Positions 1-12,538 of a stretch of DNA of 64,000 nucleotides are shown here, one piece after another. The stretch lies in assembly GCA_951406725.2 (NCBI GenBank), contig OX597815.1:196478001-196542000 (forward strand), in the 5' to 3' direction. Under the pieces are notes generated by a model that made no database searches, had not been told where the DNA came from, and saw nothing but the letters and a program-made list of their open reading frames with translations. Positions within the stretch are counted from its first letter, which is position 1; the number at the start of each line of letters is the position of its first letter. A program made the translations under genes and the position numbers. This DNA is from Octopus vulgaris (taxonomy: Eukaryota).

Positions 1-82
1 CAACACGCAACCCAGTCCGGGAATCGAACTCACAACCTTATGGTCGTAAGCTCGACGCTCTTACCGCTGAGCCATGCGCCTG
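1..82 (-). mobile_element. tRNA-derived SINE head (family F), cut by window edge
   Basis: Reverse complement GGCGCATGGCTCAGCGGTAAGAGCGTC...GTTCGATTCCCGG has Pol III A and B boxes; matches 26277-26350. Confidence 0.8.
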
Positions 83-104
83 AAACCATTGGAACCTGCC
101 CTAG

Positions 105-438
105 ATACAGAAGTAAAAACTAGAATAAGATAGAGAGTTTGAGACAAAGCAAAGGCCGACAAATATCAAGGAGCGATTTTTGTAGGTTACGAGGATGTAA
201 GCACACCAATACCGATTGCCAAGTAGTGGTAGGGACAAACAGACACAAAGACAGGCAGACACACACACACACTCACATACACACACACGACGGGCTTCTT
301 TCAGTTTCTGTTTACTAAATTCACTCACAAAGTTTGGTCTGTCCGAGGCTATATTTAAAGGCAATCAACCAAGGTAGCACGCAGTGGGACTGAACCTGGA
401 ACCATGTGGCTGGGAAGCAAACCTCTTACTACATAGCA
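105..438 (-). mobile_element. SINE family A, diverged copy
   Basis: Matches family A body (cacgcagtgggactgaacc, cgggcttctttcagtttc, internal CA repeat). Confidence 0.75.
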
Positions 439-889
439 ATTTTCGTTGATTTCTATATAATTGCAATCGCTAGTTATTTTACTGGTTTCATTCACTCGAC
501 GGGTGAATAACCTGATGAACAGACCTGAAAACATTCAGACAGCACTCATTATGTAATTATCCATGTGTGAAATAGCTAAGATCTCCTTTATCCCATCACA
601 TTAGGGGGCCTCATTTATTTTATAGTCATATGAACCCAGAATGTAATGTTACTATTTTAAAAATCACAAAGAAAGTCGGTATTTCGTGCACAGAATCACA
701 TACTCACCACACCAAATACGCATAGAAAAAAAGTTAAGTACATACTGTGACTGTCTGTCTACATGTCCTATCTTTGCCGATTTCTAAGTCTCACTCACAC
801 ACTCTCTCTCACTTTCTCTCTAAGTGTGCGTGTATATGTATGAAGATGTATATACATATTTGTGAAAGTGTGTGTATTAACATGTGAGT

Positions 890-1270
890 GGAGGCGCAAT
901 GGCCCAGTGGTTAGGGCAGCGGACTCGCGGTCATAGGATCGCGGTTTCGATTCCCAGACCGGGCGTTGTGAGTGTTTATTGAGCGAAAACACCTAAAGCT
1001 CCACGAGGCCCCGGTAGGGATGGTGGTGATCCCTGCTGTACTCTTTCACCACAACTTTCTCTCACTCTTACTTCCTTTTTCTGTTGTACCTGTATTTCAA
1101 AGGGCCGGCCTTGTCACTCTCTGTGTCACGCTGAATATCCCCGAGAACTACGTTAAGGGTACACGTGTCTGTGGAATGCTCAGCCACTTACACGTTAATT
1201 TCACGAGCAGGCTGTTCCGTTGATTCGGATCAACCGGAACCCTCGTCGTCGTAACCGACGGAGTGCTTCC
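890..1270 (+). mobile_element. tRNA-derived SINE family C, full length
   Basis: A box TGGCCCAGTGG, B box GTTTCGATTCC; TSD attaacatgtg at 876-886 and 1271-1281; second copy at 47423-47708. Confidence 0.9.
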
Positions 1271-1845
1271 ATTAACATGTGTGCATGAAGATATAGCATA
1301 ATTCTAAATTTCATTGCAAGCAAACGCTACCTTTGTGAAAACATTATTGAAATAGCAAAATCTCTATGTAACTCATCGCATAGTTGACGATGTTGAAAGC
1401 GGCAATAATAGAGCAGCTCGCAATTTAACGCCTGGAATAAAAATATATTTGCATACACCTAAGACCATTTCATTAGAATAAATTTCATACACTCGTAAGG
1501 CTCGGTGGCCAATAAAGAGTAGTTTCCCTCTGACACGTGAATGAACAACCAGTTTGCTCTTTGCTACAGTGTTGCAGGAAAAGTATTCGTCATCAACAAA
1601 AGCAGCTAGGTTCCATGACAAATTAATACCTCTCCACTTACAGACGTTATCTTACGACGACCAGTCATTTGTCAGTAAGGCTACCCATATATCACGCAAC
1701 TCTGAGTACTTACAGATTAACTACTGAAGATAATTTTGAAGTGTATTAATTATTCCACAATATATTCAGTATTGTATATTTTGCTTGTGAACAAATGCGT
1801 CTGTGTACCTCCTTTTATAAACAGGCACAATTGACTTACACAGGT

Positions 1846-1960
1846 GGAGGCGCGTGGCTTAGTGGTTAGTGTGTTGAACTCACGAGCGTAAGGTTGTGGT
1901 TTCGATTCCTGGACCGGGCGATACGTTGTGTTCTTGAGCAATAGATTTCATTTCACGTTA
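1846..1960 (+). mobile_element. SINE family F 5' part, abutted by a family B SINE
   Basis: tRNA-like head followed by tgtgttcttgagcaa motif as at 26277. Confidence 0.75.
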
Positions 1961-1963
1961 GAT

Positions 1964-2195
1964 AAGGCGGCGAGCTGGCAGAAACGTTAGCGTGCCGGGC
2001 GAAATGAATAGCGGTATTTCGTCTGCCGTTACGTTCTAAGTTCAAATTCCGCCGAGGTAGACTTTGCCTTTCATCCTTTTGGGGTCGATAAATAAAGTAC
2101 CATTTTCGCACTGGGGGCGATGTAATCGGCTTAATCCCTTTGTCTGTCCTTGTTTGTCCCCTCTGTTTTTAGCACCTTGTGGGTAATAAAGAAAT
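1964..2195 (+). mobile_element. SINE family B, full length (tail type 1)
   Basis: aaggcggcgagctggcagaa head, GTTCAAATTCC B box, tail ttgtgggtaataaagaaata; many copies in window. Confidence 0.9.
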
Positions 2196-2526
2196 ATATA
2201 TGAGCTCACACAGACAAAGACAAACAAGAACACTTATCTATATATGGAGTCTAAATATTTCTACTTTCCAAATTTCCATCATATTCGCCACCAATCAAAT
2301 AATGACTGTATCAGCAGACGTCCCCGAAAGGGCTGACAAGTTGTATGATACACGGAACTACGCGCTTACCAAGTAAACCTTTCCATGAGACAGCGTTTCT
2401 TCCACAAATTTTGATTCTTTTATCGGGTTGATTTGTTTGTGGAATATATACACTTCTTTTTTCCTGAAGAACTGTAATATATGTGCAGAAAGAGATTCAT
2501 TTCATACTACAAACCAGTGAAACCAA

Positions 2527-3167
2527 GGATCTTTTCCTTTTGAACGGCAGACAAGTTCTAGTTAAGTAAACACTTTAAAACTTCGTATACTGGTAGAATG
2601 TGTCAAAATAAAACATTTTTTTCTCTTGGCTATTCTTGAGAAAATTGCTAATTTGTTTGTTTAACGTAGTTTAATTTTTCGAATTTTAACCAACCCTATG
2701 CTCTCTTTTGCGCTAAAATAATTTGCTGCGTCTAAAACTGAGACAACATCCTGTAACTAACCCTAAACCTCCCCCCTAACCCTAATCCTAATTTTTTTTC
2801 TTAATTGTTAAGTTAATTTAATTGTTACGCGTGTAAAAAAAAAACTAAAGCAATGGAATTAAATTAATTTAACAATTAAGAAAAAAAAGTTAGGGTTAGG
2901 GTTAGGGGGGATTTTAGGGTTAGTTACAGGATGTTGTCTCAGTTTTAGACGCAGCAAATGATTTTAGTTGAATGGAGGTAATCGATTGGTTAAAATTGCC
3001 GAAATGCTCGGATTTTCAGACGAAATATCTTACAAAGTATAGAATTTTCTCAATAAAACCAAGAGAAAATTATGTTTTATAAACACATTCTACCAGTATA
3101 CGAAGTTTAAAAGTGTTTAGTTAACTAGAAATTGTGTTGACATCTGCCGTTCAAAAGGAAAAGATCC
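2527..3167. mobile_element. Fold-back non-autonomous DNA transposon (MITE) with internal CCCTAA/TTAGGG repeats
   Basis: Termini GGATCTTTTCCTTTTGAACGGCAG / CTGCCGTTCAAAAGGAAAAGATCC; arms complementary almost to the centre; 8-bp TSD gaaaccaa at 2519-2526 and 3168-3175. Confidence 0.9.
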
Positions 3168-3240
3168 GAAACCAAAATATGATTTTTGCGTATTGCTTAT
3201 AAATGAAATTTCTATCTTATGATACTTAGAGACAAATAGG

Positions 3241-3470
3241 GGAGGCGCTGGCTTAGTGGTTAGGGGTGTCGTAAGATTGTGGTTTCGATCCTGGACCAGG
3301 AAAGGCATTGTTTATTTAAGCAAAACACTTCATTTCATGTTGCTGGCACTCAGCTATCAAAACTGAGTAATTCTGTGGCGGACCGACGTCCTTTGAAGGG
3401 GCGATGTATGTATAGCATGGAAACCGGTTTCCCGGCCCTTATATTTCGGTGTGACTCAAGAAGGAAACTT
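3241..3470 (+). mobile_element. SINE family F-like, diverged
   Basis: ggaggcgctggcttagtggttagg head, B box gtttcgatcc, gcaaaacacttcatttca and cactcagct motifs. Confidence 0.7.
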
Positions 3471-4633
3471 TACATGCTTAGAGTTAAGTGGATAAGGGTA
3501 GCAAAAAATACAAAACTTGTCATGTGTATGGCTCAACCAGTTTTCTTCAGATTTTTGATTGATACTCTATACACTGTTGTCTTGTACTGTTACATATGAA
3601 GAATGAACGGTCTATCTTTAGTTCACGGTCCATACGTATTTATTTCAAGCTAATAACACTATTATTTCGATGTTTATCTATATTCTACTGCAACACTATA
3701 TTTGTGGACGAAGAAAAATTTGATCATCAGTAACTTGGAAATTTAATGCTGTTTGGAATTCATTAAATCTAAATTTAATGTTGAAAAGCTGAAACAATAA
3801 TAAACAAAAGTAAAAATTGTACAGTTCTCTTTTTGTGACCTTCGCGGTTCTCTATTTAACAATATTCTAAATTTGTTCGTGTACATTAAATTTTATGCTA
3901 ACATTATTTTACTTTAAATGGGTGATGCATCTCAATAGCATCAATGTAATTATTACATTTTGACACAAGTGAAACTGTTTTTAGTTTGTCAACTCAGGCT
4001 ATTTTCATGAACAAAATCATAGAAAAATAATCACTTTACTAGAATTGAAATTTAGCATTAGAAATTTAAGGAAAGTTACAAATAATAAAACAGTTTGCTA
4101 ATAATGTTGAATTTGAAATGTATTAATGCCTTGCTAGAGAAATAAATATTATATTTCTTTAGAGAGATTACAGTTTGCTGAGACCAGAAGAATTTTATTA
4201 TGTTATAGTCGTCGAAAATGACAAACTGTTTTAATCCCTGTTTAGTCAGTAAGGTGAGATTTCATCCTTGTCTTTTGTATGGATTCTCAGACATTGAAGC
4301 TTTAATAATTGATTTAATAAATGCAATTATAAACGTTTCTCTTGAATAAATGCCAGTCATTAAATTTAGGGAACGATATAAACGAGACTCCCAATCGTTG
4401 TCCAAATTGCAATCTCTGCACACGTCTGGACAAGAGCAGCTTTGACTCTCCAGTTGGGAAGAAGAGTGCGTAATTATTGAAAATGTCCTCCTCAGCGGAG
4501 ACTTTGAATATATTAGTAGAAACACCTTTGACGACACAGTTCTGTATTTAAGAGATGAGGAATTGTGTACATTATTTACATTATTTACATTATTTACATT
4601 CGACGGATATTTGTCCTCATCTTCTTTGTTGTT

Positions 4634-4679
4634 AACATAACATTTCGGCTGATATACCTTCCAGCCTTCATCAGGTGTC
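4634..4679 (-). ncRNA. Minimal type-I hammerhead ribozyme motif in PLE pLTR
   Basis: gacac CUGAUGA A GGCUG-loop-CAGCC GAAA UG UU auguu; sister copy 5656-5701 has GAAA CG UU but an altered core. Confidence 0.7.
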
Positions 4680-5499
4680 TTGGGGAAATTTCGAACCTGG
4701 GTTCTCATTCCTAAGGTATTTTTCGATGTTATTATTATTGTTGCTGTTGTTCAGGTCACTGCTTGGAATCAAGCTCGGAATCTTGATGTTAGTAGGCCGC
4801 GATATTAACCACTACGCCATATGCCCGGGGGGCTCAATAACGATCTGTTAAGCAACAGCTACCCCACAGGTATACGATCCACTCTAAATATGAAGAGAGA
4901 GGATGAGGCTAATAAACAATCCACAGTCTATCTACCCTATGTGAAAGGCCTCTCCGAAAAGTTACAAAAGAAATGCGGCCAATATGACATCAGGGCAGTA
5001 TTCAAGAGTGATACAACACTTTGCAAATATCTCCTTCGAGTAAAACCGCCAATGGAAGAGAATATGACCAAAGCCTGTGTGTATTCCATCCCATGCAGCT
5101 GTGGTAGGTTATGCAAAGGCGAAACATGCCGCCTCCTAAAAATAAGTGTAGATGCACTTCGAAAAGCTGTGACGCGAGGAGATGTTGATAAATCGGGTAT
5201 AGCTGTTGATGTATGGAAAAATGGAGACCACCTCCCCACTGTGGAATGAAGTTAAAATAATAGACAGAGAACACCACTGGAAAATACGAAAACTAAAAGA
5301 AGCAGCACATATGCTATGACACAACAACCCCATAAGCAGACCGAGTGCAGATATGGGCAGCATATGGGAACCGGTATTTAGGAAGGATAGAAAAATATTA
5401 GATTTATAAGCCCTAAAATTCACTCCATAATTGCCCACGGGCATATGGGGAAGTGGTGGACCCCAAGATTCCAAGTTTGATTCCAAGCAGTGGGCTGAA

Positions 5500-5512
5500 C
5501 AACAACAACAAC

Positions 5513-5587
<75 letters not shown>

Positions 5588-5608
5588 AATAGTAATAATA
5601 ATAATAAC
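5500..5608. repeat. (AAC)n/(AAT)n microsatellite expanded inside the pLTR
   Basis: Direct reading; much shorter in the inverted pLTR copy (4730-4751). Confidence 0.95.
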
Positions 5609-5816
5609 AGAAAAATACCTTAGGAATGAGAACCCACGTTCGAAATTTTCCCCAAGACACCTGATAACCACTGGAGGGTATATCAGCCGAAACGTTGTAA
5701 CAACAAACAAGATGAGGACAATTATCCGTCGAATGTAAATAATGTAACTTTTACGACACTATTTAAAACGAATTGCGGGTAACTGAACTTGATGTTAATA
5801 TATTGCAAGGAATCAT

Positions 5817-6032
5817 TAAGTCGCCGAGCGAGCAGGATTATTAGCACGCCGGGCAAAATGCTTAGTTGATTTGGTTTGTCCGTCTTTACACTCGGAGTTC
5901 AAATTCCGCTTAGTTCGACATTGCCTTTCGATTTCACTAAAAAATTCACCAGTTGAGTATTGAAATGAATGTAATTGACTTATCTCCTACCAAGACATTG
6001 TTGGCCGTATTTAAAATCAAAATTTGAAAACG
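5817..6032 (+). mobile_element. SINE family B, diverged (tail type 2)
   Basis: ttagcacgccgggcaaaatgc, gttcaaattcc, tail aaaatttgaaaac. Confidence 0.75.
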
Positions 6033-7534
6033 ATATATTGTATGGATTCAGTGAGTTTACGTTTGAGGTAATATACATCTATGTTGAAGATTAACGTAAT
6101 GTCTTAGCTACGTTACTGCTATTTTCGAAAGAGATAGAACGGTTATAATTTTAAAATAAATTGTAGAGCGTTTTCCGGATACCTTCTATATGCTATTTGG
6201 GATACCCAGTGGATATTAAATGATTGTTGTTCTTACAGAAACCGCCTACTGTAAATATCAAGTAAAAAGTAAAGAACTAAAGGGTCACTGACTTCAGCGG
6301 AATCGGAAATCTCATCGCAGTATCGATGCGAAGTTTTGGGGCCAAAATTTATTGCTAGCGGATATAATGGTTTGTTATGCTATTAAAATATGATTTATGG
6401 TAGAGTGAGAGAGCGGTGCTAGATTCGTAGCAAATATCGGTTTGAAATGTTGGTACAAGATCAACAAATTCGGGGTGTGTGTGATACATCGATTAAATCG
6501 ACCCCAGTGCTCAGCTGATGCTAATTTTATCGACCCCTAACGGTTGTATATAAAAAATGGTGTCGTTATATATGTAATGTTTACACTCTTCATAATCGGT
6601 GTTGACCTTTCAGTAAACAATATTATGCTTTTCTATCCAATAATTTTTCCTCTTCTCTGCAATAATGACATGTAACTGCGTATTTTATAAGGCCCTGAGG
6701 ACGATGTGTTGTAATTCTATGTCGAATCTAAGAGTCTGAGTCATGAAGTTTACAAGTGTCATATATATATTGAAATTTGAGTTCTTAATTGGCTGTTCAC
6801 TGATGAAAAACCTACATCCTTACTATTTGTACTTTATCGATTAGTTCTTCATTCGAGTTTTTTTTTCTTTTTACATTTCACTCGAATTAACTTTGTTTTG
6901 CATATAAGAGATTCAAATTGCCAGTAAAGGAAGAGAAAGGACATTCAATCTCGGACGAACTTTTACAGAAATGATGAAATTTCGTATGTCAGATAATCAT
7001 GCCATTGAGCGATAATTGACTTCTCACATGTACACAAGGCATAATTACGACGTAATGCAGACAAGTCCATTGATTCAACCAAGTAAATGACATTATCTCT
7101 GTGCTGAAGTGATTCTGGTCTGCTACAAATTAGCTGTCAAAAATAAGACACATTTTATATTGCCGCGGATAAAGATAAAACTTAAATTTATACTAGCAGA
7201 TAAATTCATATTCAAAATAATGCGTAGGATAATGCATCAAGATTAGAATGTCAGTCTAAAAGATATTTGGATCCTAGACAGAGTCCAGTTCCAATCTGCC
7301 ACATTTACATACAAACACTGTGGATATGAAATATGAGTGGCAATTGATTAAATGCTAAACATTTAATAAGTGGTTATCACTCTACACTGATTAAATTTGC
7401 TGAATGAAATAATTTACATAATTTTGCCTTCAACTAAGAAATAGTGCAACGTTTAAGATTTATTGTAAGCGTGTCACATTTAATCTCTGACCCAATTTTT
7501 TACCAGCCTCAGACTTCCTTAAATGTACTGTATA

Positions 7535-7570
<36 letters not shown>

Positions 7571-7576
7571 TGTATG

Positions 7577-7607
<31 letters not shown>

Positions 7608-7785
7608 GTGTATATATACATAAATTTATGTGCCAAGATATATATATCAGTTTGATTGTGTGTGCCTTTGTTTATGTATATGTATGCAAGTGTGTATATT
7701 TACCTTTCAGACGTACAACAATTCCAATTTAATATATAATATATGATTATATAAATAGAATTCTCCTCTCCTATATATATATACA

Positions 7786-8232
7786 TTGTTGTATTTCGGG
7801 ATGGTCATTAATTCTTTTTCTGTTTGCCAAAGAAGCATGCGCACTATATTTATTTTTCCTCACCCGTTTATTACGGTTCTTATTCTATTATTTTATCTCA
7901 GGTCCATTCTCCAGACATCTTTCGTCACGCATCTGTGACCTCTTCGGTGACACTTTTCGTTTACGTGTGTGTTCTTGCTCCACTTACTCCATTCGGGGTG
8001 GGGGAAGTGTGTGGAGCAAAATACACACGAAAACGAAAAGTGTGCCGAAAGAGTCCCGGACAATGGACATGAGTTTAAATGATAAAATAACAACAGTAAT
8101 AAACGAATAAGGAAAAAAATATATAGTGTGTGTGTTTTTTGGCAAAAAAAAAGAGAACAATATGACCGTCCCGAAATATAATAATATTTGTTTCAACACA
8201 CGATTTCACATCAGGAATCTTGAAAAACGAAT
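7786..8232. mobile_element. Fold-back mini-element (inverted pLTR-like arms) with hammerhead-like motif in left arm
   Basis: 7786-7990 is complementary to ~8000-8186; minus strand 7911-7953 reads CCGAAGA G GUCAC-AGAUGC-GUGAC GAAA GAUG UC. Confidence 0.7.
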
Positions 8233-8276
8233 ATATATATATATATAAATATAGATATATATGTATGTATATAGTA

Positions 8277-8433
8277 AGAGTGGCTATGTGGTAAGTAGCT
8301 TGCATACGAACTACATGGTTCTGGGTTCAGTCCCACTGCGTGGCACCTTGGGCAAGTGTCTTCTGCTATAGCCTCGGGCCGACCAAAGGCTTGTGAGTGG
8401 ATTTGGTAGAGGGAAACTGAAAGAAGCCAGTCG

Positions 8434-8469
<36 letters not shown>

Positions 8470-8690
8470 CGTGTGTATGTTTTTGTGTCTGTGTTTGTCC
8501 CCCCAACATCGCTTGACAACCGATGCTGGTGTGTTTACGTCCCCCTAACTTAGCGGTTCTGGAAAAGAGACCGATAGCATAAGTACTAGGATTACAAAGA
8601 ATAAGTCTTGGAGTCGATTCGTTCGACTAAAAGGCGGTGCTCCAGCATTGCCATAGTGAAATGACTGAAACAAGTAAAAGAGTAAAAGGG
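8277..8690 (+). mobile_element. SINE family A, full length
   Basis: Head agtggctatgtggtaag, internal (TA)n/(TG)n, tail ggcggtgctccagcat...tgactgaaacaagtaaaagag. Confidence 0.9.
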
Positions 8691-8805
8691 TATATATATA
8701 GTTTTACTTAAATACAGATTTGAAAAATATAATTCAACAGACTTTATGAGTAGCTGAATGTATCTTGTACTTGATTACTGATTTTCAGTTTGCATCTTGC
8801 TAACA

Positions 8806-9162
8806 TCAGAAATACTAAATTTCTAAATCTCTCGTAGAGACATGTACGGTGGTGGGACGATAGAATGGTTGTATACTGTCAATCTAACACGAACCTGACA
8901 GTAGGGGTGTACACCACCGCTGTTTAGCCCCATGAAGCATCGATGCCTCCTGATGGCTTTGACACATTTTTCCTGTGTCCTTATATACATTTACGAAGGG
9001 TAGTCGGGGTGGGGGTGTTTGTCTCCCCTTCGTAAATGTATATAAGGACACAGGAAAAATGTGTCAAAGCCATCAGGATGCGTCGATGCTTCCTGGGGCT
9101 AAACAGTTGTGGTGTACTCCTTACTGCCACGTTCGTGTTAGATTGACAGTATAAACCATTCT
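8806..9162. mobile_element. Fold-back element with ~140-bp arms and ~25-nt loop
   Basis: 8859-9000 nearly complementary to 9026-9165; direct repeat atcttgctaaca at 8794-8805 and 9163-9174 (probable TSD). Confidence 0.85.
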
Positions 9163-9654
9163 ATCTTGCTAACAGTATTTCTTCTATAGATATTGTAGCT
9201 TTTGTGAATTCCATTTAAATTGTAATACTATCAAAAAATTCCACACTTATAACGTGTTGCGGTGCCTTCGTGTTTTAAATAAATTGACAAGAAGTTTGTA
9301 ACTTCCTTATTTACATTGTAATTTTTAATGTTTTGCGACAATGTGTCTTTGTACTGACGAGGGCTTCCTTTTAGATTATTTTCTTAATATTCTAAGTATG
9401 AATTTCTGGGTCGGTGTGATACTCTCATACATATGATACATGCATGTGGGTAACATGAGACGTACTTGTCTTGAGCCTCCGTTAACTTGTGTGCGTTTGA
9501 GTATCTATGAACTATTATCATTAGTAGATGTGAGAGTGTGTTTGTCCAATTGTTATGGTTTATGGCAATGTGTATATATTTGAAAAATTGGCCAATTTAT
9601 CCACTTTACATTAGACCAATGATTTGGTGCATTAAATCGGACTAAAAATGCATA

Positions 9655-9880
9655 CATCATTAAGTGATATGGCTTGCTGATTAGAACGGATGTGAAGCAA
9701 GCGGTTCGTTGTCGATCTGTATGTCCTTGTATTTCTCTGTTCTTTTCTCACTTAATCCGGCCTATTTATCCAGATTACTCTTGATGAATAGGCCGGATTA
9801 AGTGAGAAAATAATGGGGACATTCAAGGACATACAGTTCGACAACTGACAACTCAGTATACCATATCACTTAGTGATCCA
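9655..9880. mobile_element. Fold-back element with asymmetric arms
   Basis: ttttctcacttaatccggcctatt/aataggccggattaagtgagaaaa, gttgtcga.ctgtatgtccttg/caaggacatacag.tcgacaac, taagtgatatgg/ccatatcactta. Confidence 0.8.
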
Positions 9881-10494
9881 TTGATCTAATGGGTAGATAG
9901 AACACATGAACGTATTCTGCTTGGAATTGTTCTTCCATCCGGCTTAATTTCCCAGTGCATGCATGCACATTTTACCGATTTTTCAAATATATACACATTG
10001 CCATAATCCTTAACAATTGAATTATGCCGAACTGCATAATAGTCCCTTTGAACACCAGATGAGTTTCGTACTGGTGAGTGTAAACCGGTTTGAGGTACAG
10101 ATATAGGGATGGTACAATTGATACCGCTGGTGACAATAGTACAAATTAGCAACAGATTCAATTGTTATATGAGCCATGATAATTCGAGAGCATAGCATCA
10201 TATGAGAGAATAAGAAGGTATAAATAATTCACTTAGTATGCTGGCAGTTTAAATGGATGAATTGATTTGAGAAATGGATGCTAATGGTGAGTCGGATTGA
10301 AGGAGTTGAAAGTTACATTGAATGTTATGCTGAAGACGTAAGGCAGAGGCATGATGAATGAGCTGTAAGGAAATTATGTTAGTTTTGAAGTGGATGAGAT
10401 TGAAGTTAGGAACAAGGGTTGAGTTGTTCAAGTGCAAGAGTGGTTGCGCCAAAACAGGTACTCTTTACTTGTTTCAGTCAGTTGACTGCAGTCC

Positions 10495-10770
10495 AATGGA
10501 TATTGTTACAACAGAGGGCAAGAAAGGTAGGAAATACCAACACCTAGTAATGAAAGAGAAAATAATACATAGAGCTTCGAAAGTAAGTGTGTTAGTTATT
10601 GCGATCGGAGCACTTGGGACCATCTCAAAGAGAGCCATATTCTATCATGAACACCTCCAAATACTAAACTTCATATGCAGTGTTCAGTTGGCAGCAATAT
10701 TTGGAATATCTCATGTGTTGAGAAAAGTGTGGGGTGGAACTGAGACGTGATATCGGCGAATCAGAAGTTA
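10495..10770 (+). mobile_element. 3' fragment of restriction-like-endonuclease LINE (R4/NeSL-like)
   Basis: KKGRKYQHL...VLVIAIGALGTISK...VQLAAIFGISHVLRKV* matches the RLE C-terminal pattern. Confidence 0.7.
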
Positions 10771-11324
10771 CGTAAAGAAAAACGATGATGACGAAGAGGA
10801 AGAGGGGAAGGAGGTTATAATTCCCTAGTGATTATATCAAAATATTATTTTGGAGTTAATATATAATAACAACGCATAATCTCTAACCATATTGTATCTA
10901 GCCACAATATTGCTCTCGAGTTATAACAGGTGCTTAAATTATGATCTGTTGAGTGATAGAATGAAATAAAAGATTTCACGTATGATAGAGTGGGTGGAAA
11001 GATAAGCATTTGTTGAGAACAAGAAACAGAAAAAAATAATAAAATAGAGAAAAACAACCAATCAAAATCTTTGCTAAGAATGAAAGTAATTCAATTTTAC
11101 TGAAGTCTTTCTATCTTTCTTTTGCTTCCGGTGAAAGAGTGGGCATTTTCAAGCATAAATGCTGACAAAATTACTCATTAAAAATATGATAAAGTTAGGG
11201 CGCAAATATTGATTTCTTAATTTAGCTTAGAGATAGGAATTTATAGAATAGATTTATTTTTTTTTATATTCATTCTTATTTCCTATTGGGTTCAGCGAAA
11301 TATGTTCAGATTTAACTTACATCT

Positions 11325-12425
11325 GCGTAGGAGTGGCTGTGTGATAAGAAGCTTGCTTCCGCGCATGCGTTGGTCAGTGTTTTTCCTTGCACTGCTAGGA
11401 GTCACGATGCTGTACACCAATGTCCTGAATTATTGAACAAGAGAAGCACAACTACAAGGTAAGACATTTGTTTTTTGGGGGAAGGGGTCGATTGGGGGTT
11501 TGTTGCTCGTGTTTATTTATTTTGTCGAACAAGAAATCCCCACTGAGTTCTAGGCATTTGTCTGCATGTAGTTGTGATTAGAGTATCACTTACTTGTGAG
11601 AAGTGTGTTTTGGGGGCGTATCTCTCCTCCAATAATTGCCAACATTGTGCTTATTTTTTATCGACTCTTGGTGAAATTTTTGTGTGACTGTTTTGTACTC
11701 TGGATTACCAAGTGGATTACCGAGTTGGCCACGAGTACCAAGACAGCTAGAAGAATAGTTTGCTGTGTTTTTGAACTGTTTTCTTTTCTTCTTCCTTCCT
11801 TCCTTCCTACATTTTTGTTTTCTTTGAACTTTTGTCTTTCAGTCAACTTTTTTGCTCAACAAAACAATTGCAAAATGATGCGTTGGAGTGAGAGATTATC
11901 CCGCCAAAACAGACGATGAAATACTTTGAAGAGAGGACGGTGGTGTTCAGGACTTACTCGAAGTCGCTCGACACCATCGCCCTCTTTAAAAAGATACAAA
12001 TTGAAAAAGAGCTAGTAAAATTTATTGCTAGAGGTGTCAAGTATGCAACCGTGTGGTTGATATTTGACACCACTGAGTATGCTCGCAAATTTGCGAGCCA
12101 GCCCTAAAAGGGCAAAGAGATTTTGTTTATTCCCACGTATTGTGCGAAGAAGTTGACACGAGCTTGGGTCTGCGGGTTGCCACCTAGGATAGAATATATA
12201 TAAATATGTATGTGTGTGTGTGTGTGTGTGTGTGTTTGTCCACCCATCATCACTTGACGACCGATGTTGGTGTGTTTACGCCCACATAACTTACCAGTTC
12301 AGCAAAAGTGTCCGATATATTAAGTACTAGGCTTACAGAGAATAAGTCCTGAGGCCGACTTGCCCGACTTAATGGGGCGCGCCAGCATGGCCGCAGTCAC
12401 ATTCCTGAAACGAGTAAAAGGATAT
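11325..12425 (+). mobile_element. SINE family A split into head (11325-11360) and 3' half (~12205-12425)
   Basis: Both pieces match family A in the same orientation; middle replaced by foreign sequence. Confidence 0.7.
11361..12192 (+). mobile_element. Probable L1/Tx1 5' UTR and ORF1 N-terminal fragment
   Basis: T-rich leader then EERTVVFRTY...VWLIFDT...KFASQP*KGKEILFIPTY...TRAWVCGLPP, resembling Tx1-type ORF1. Confidence 0.5.
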
Positions 12426-12501
12426 AGAAATACACCTATATACATTTGTTTATTTATTCATAACTTTACACACACGTATGCATATATATGCGTGAGGGGT
12501 G

Positions 12502-12537
<36 letters not shown>

Positions 12538-12538
<1 letters not shown>

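Larger units (their letters stand above)
4538..5747 (+). mobile_element. Penelope-like element, 5'-truncated: GIY-YIG remnant between inverted pseudo-LTRs
   Basis: ORF 4821-5249 has LPYVKGLSE...VYSIPCSCG...GET; 4560-4826 is an inverted copy of ~5439-5747; 12-bp TSD cttt(g/t)acgacac at 4526-4537 and 5748-5759. Confidence 0.9.

Noticed and set aside
505-540. CTGATGA...GAAA motif (similar weak hits near 9350 and 22440-22470)
   Set aside because: Supporting helices are missing or too degenerate to call
890-965. tRNA genes (also 1-82, 1846, 26277, 47635-47708, 4754-4826)
   Set aside because: Imperfect cloverleaves that run into SINE or pLTR bodies; they are element heads
2755-2925. Telomere or chromosome-fusion scar
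   Set aside because: Only a few units, symmetric inside a TIR element with a TSD
10200-10455. Possible RTE-like 3' remnant
   Set aside because: Too decayed to support by eye
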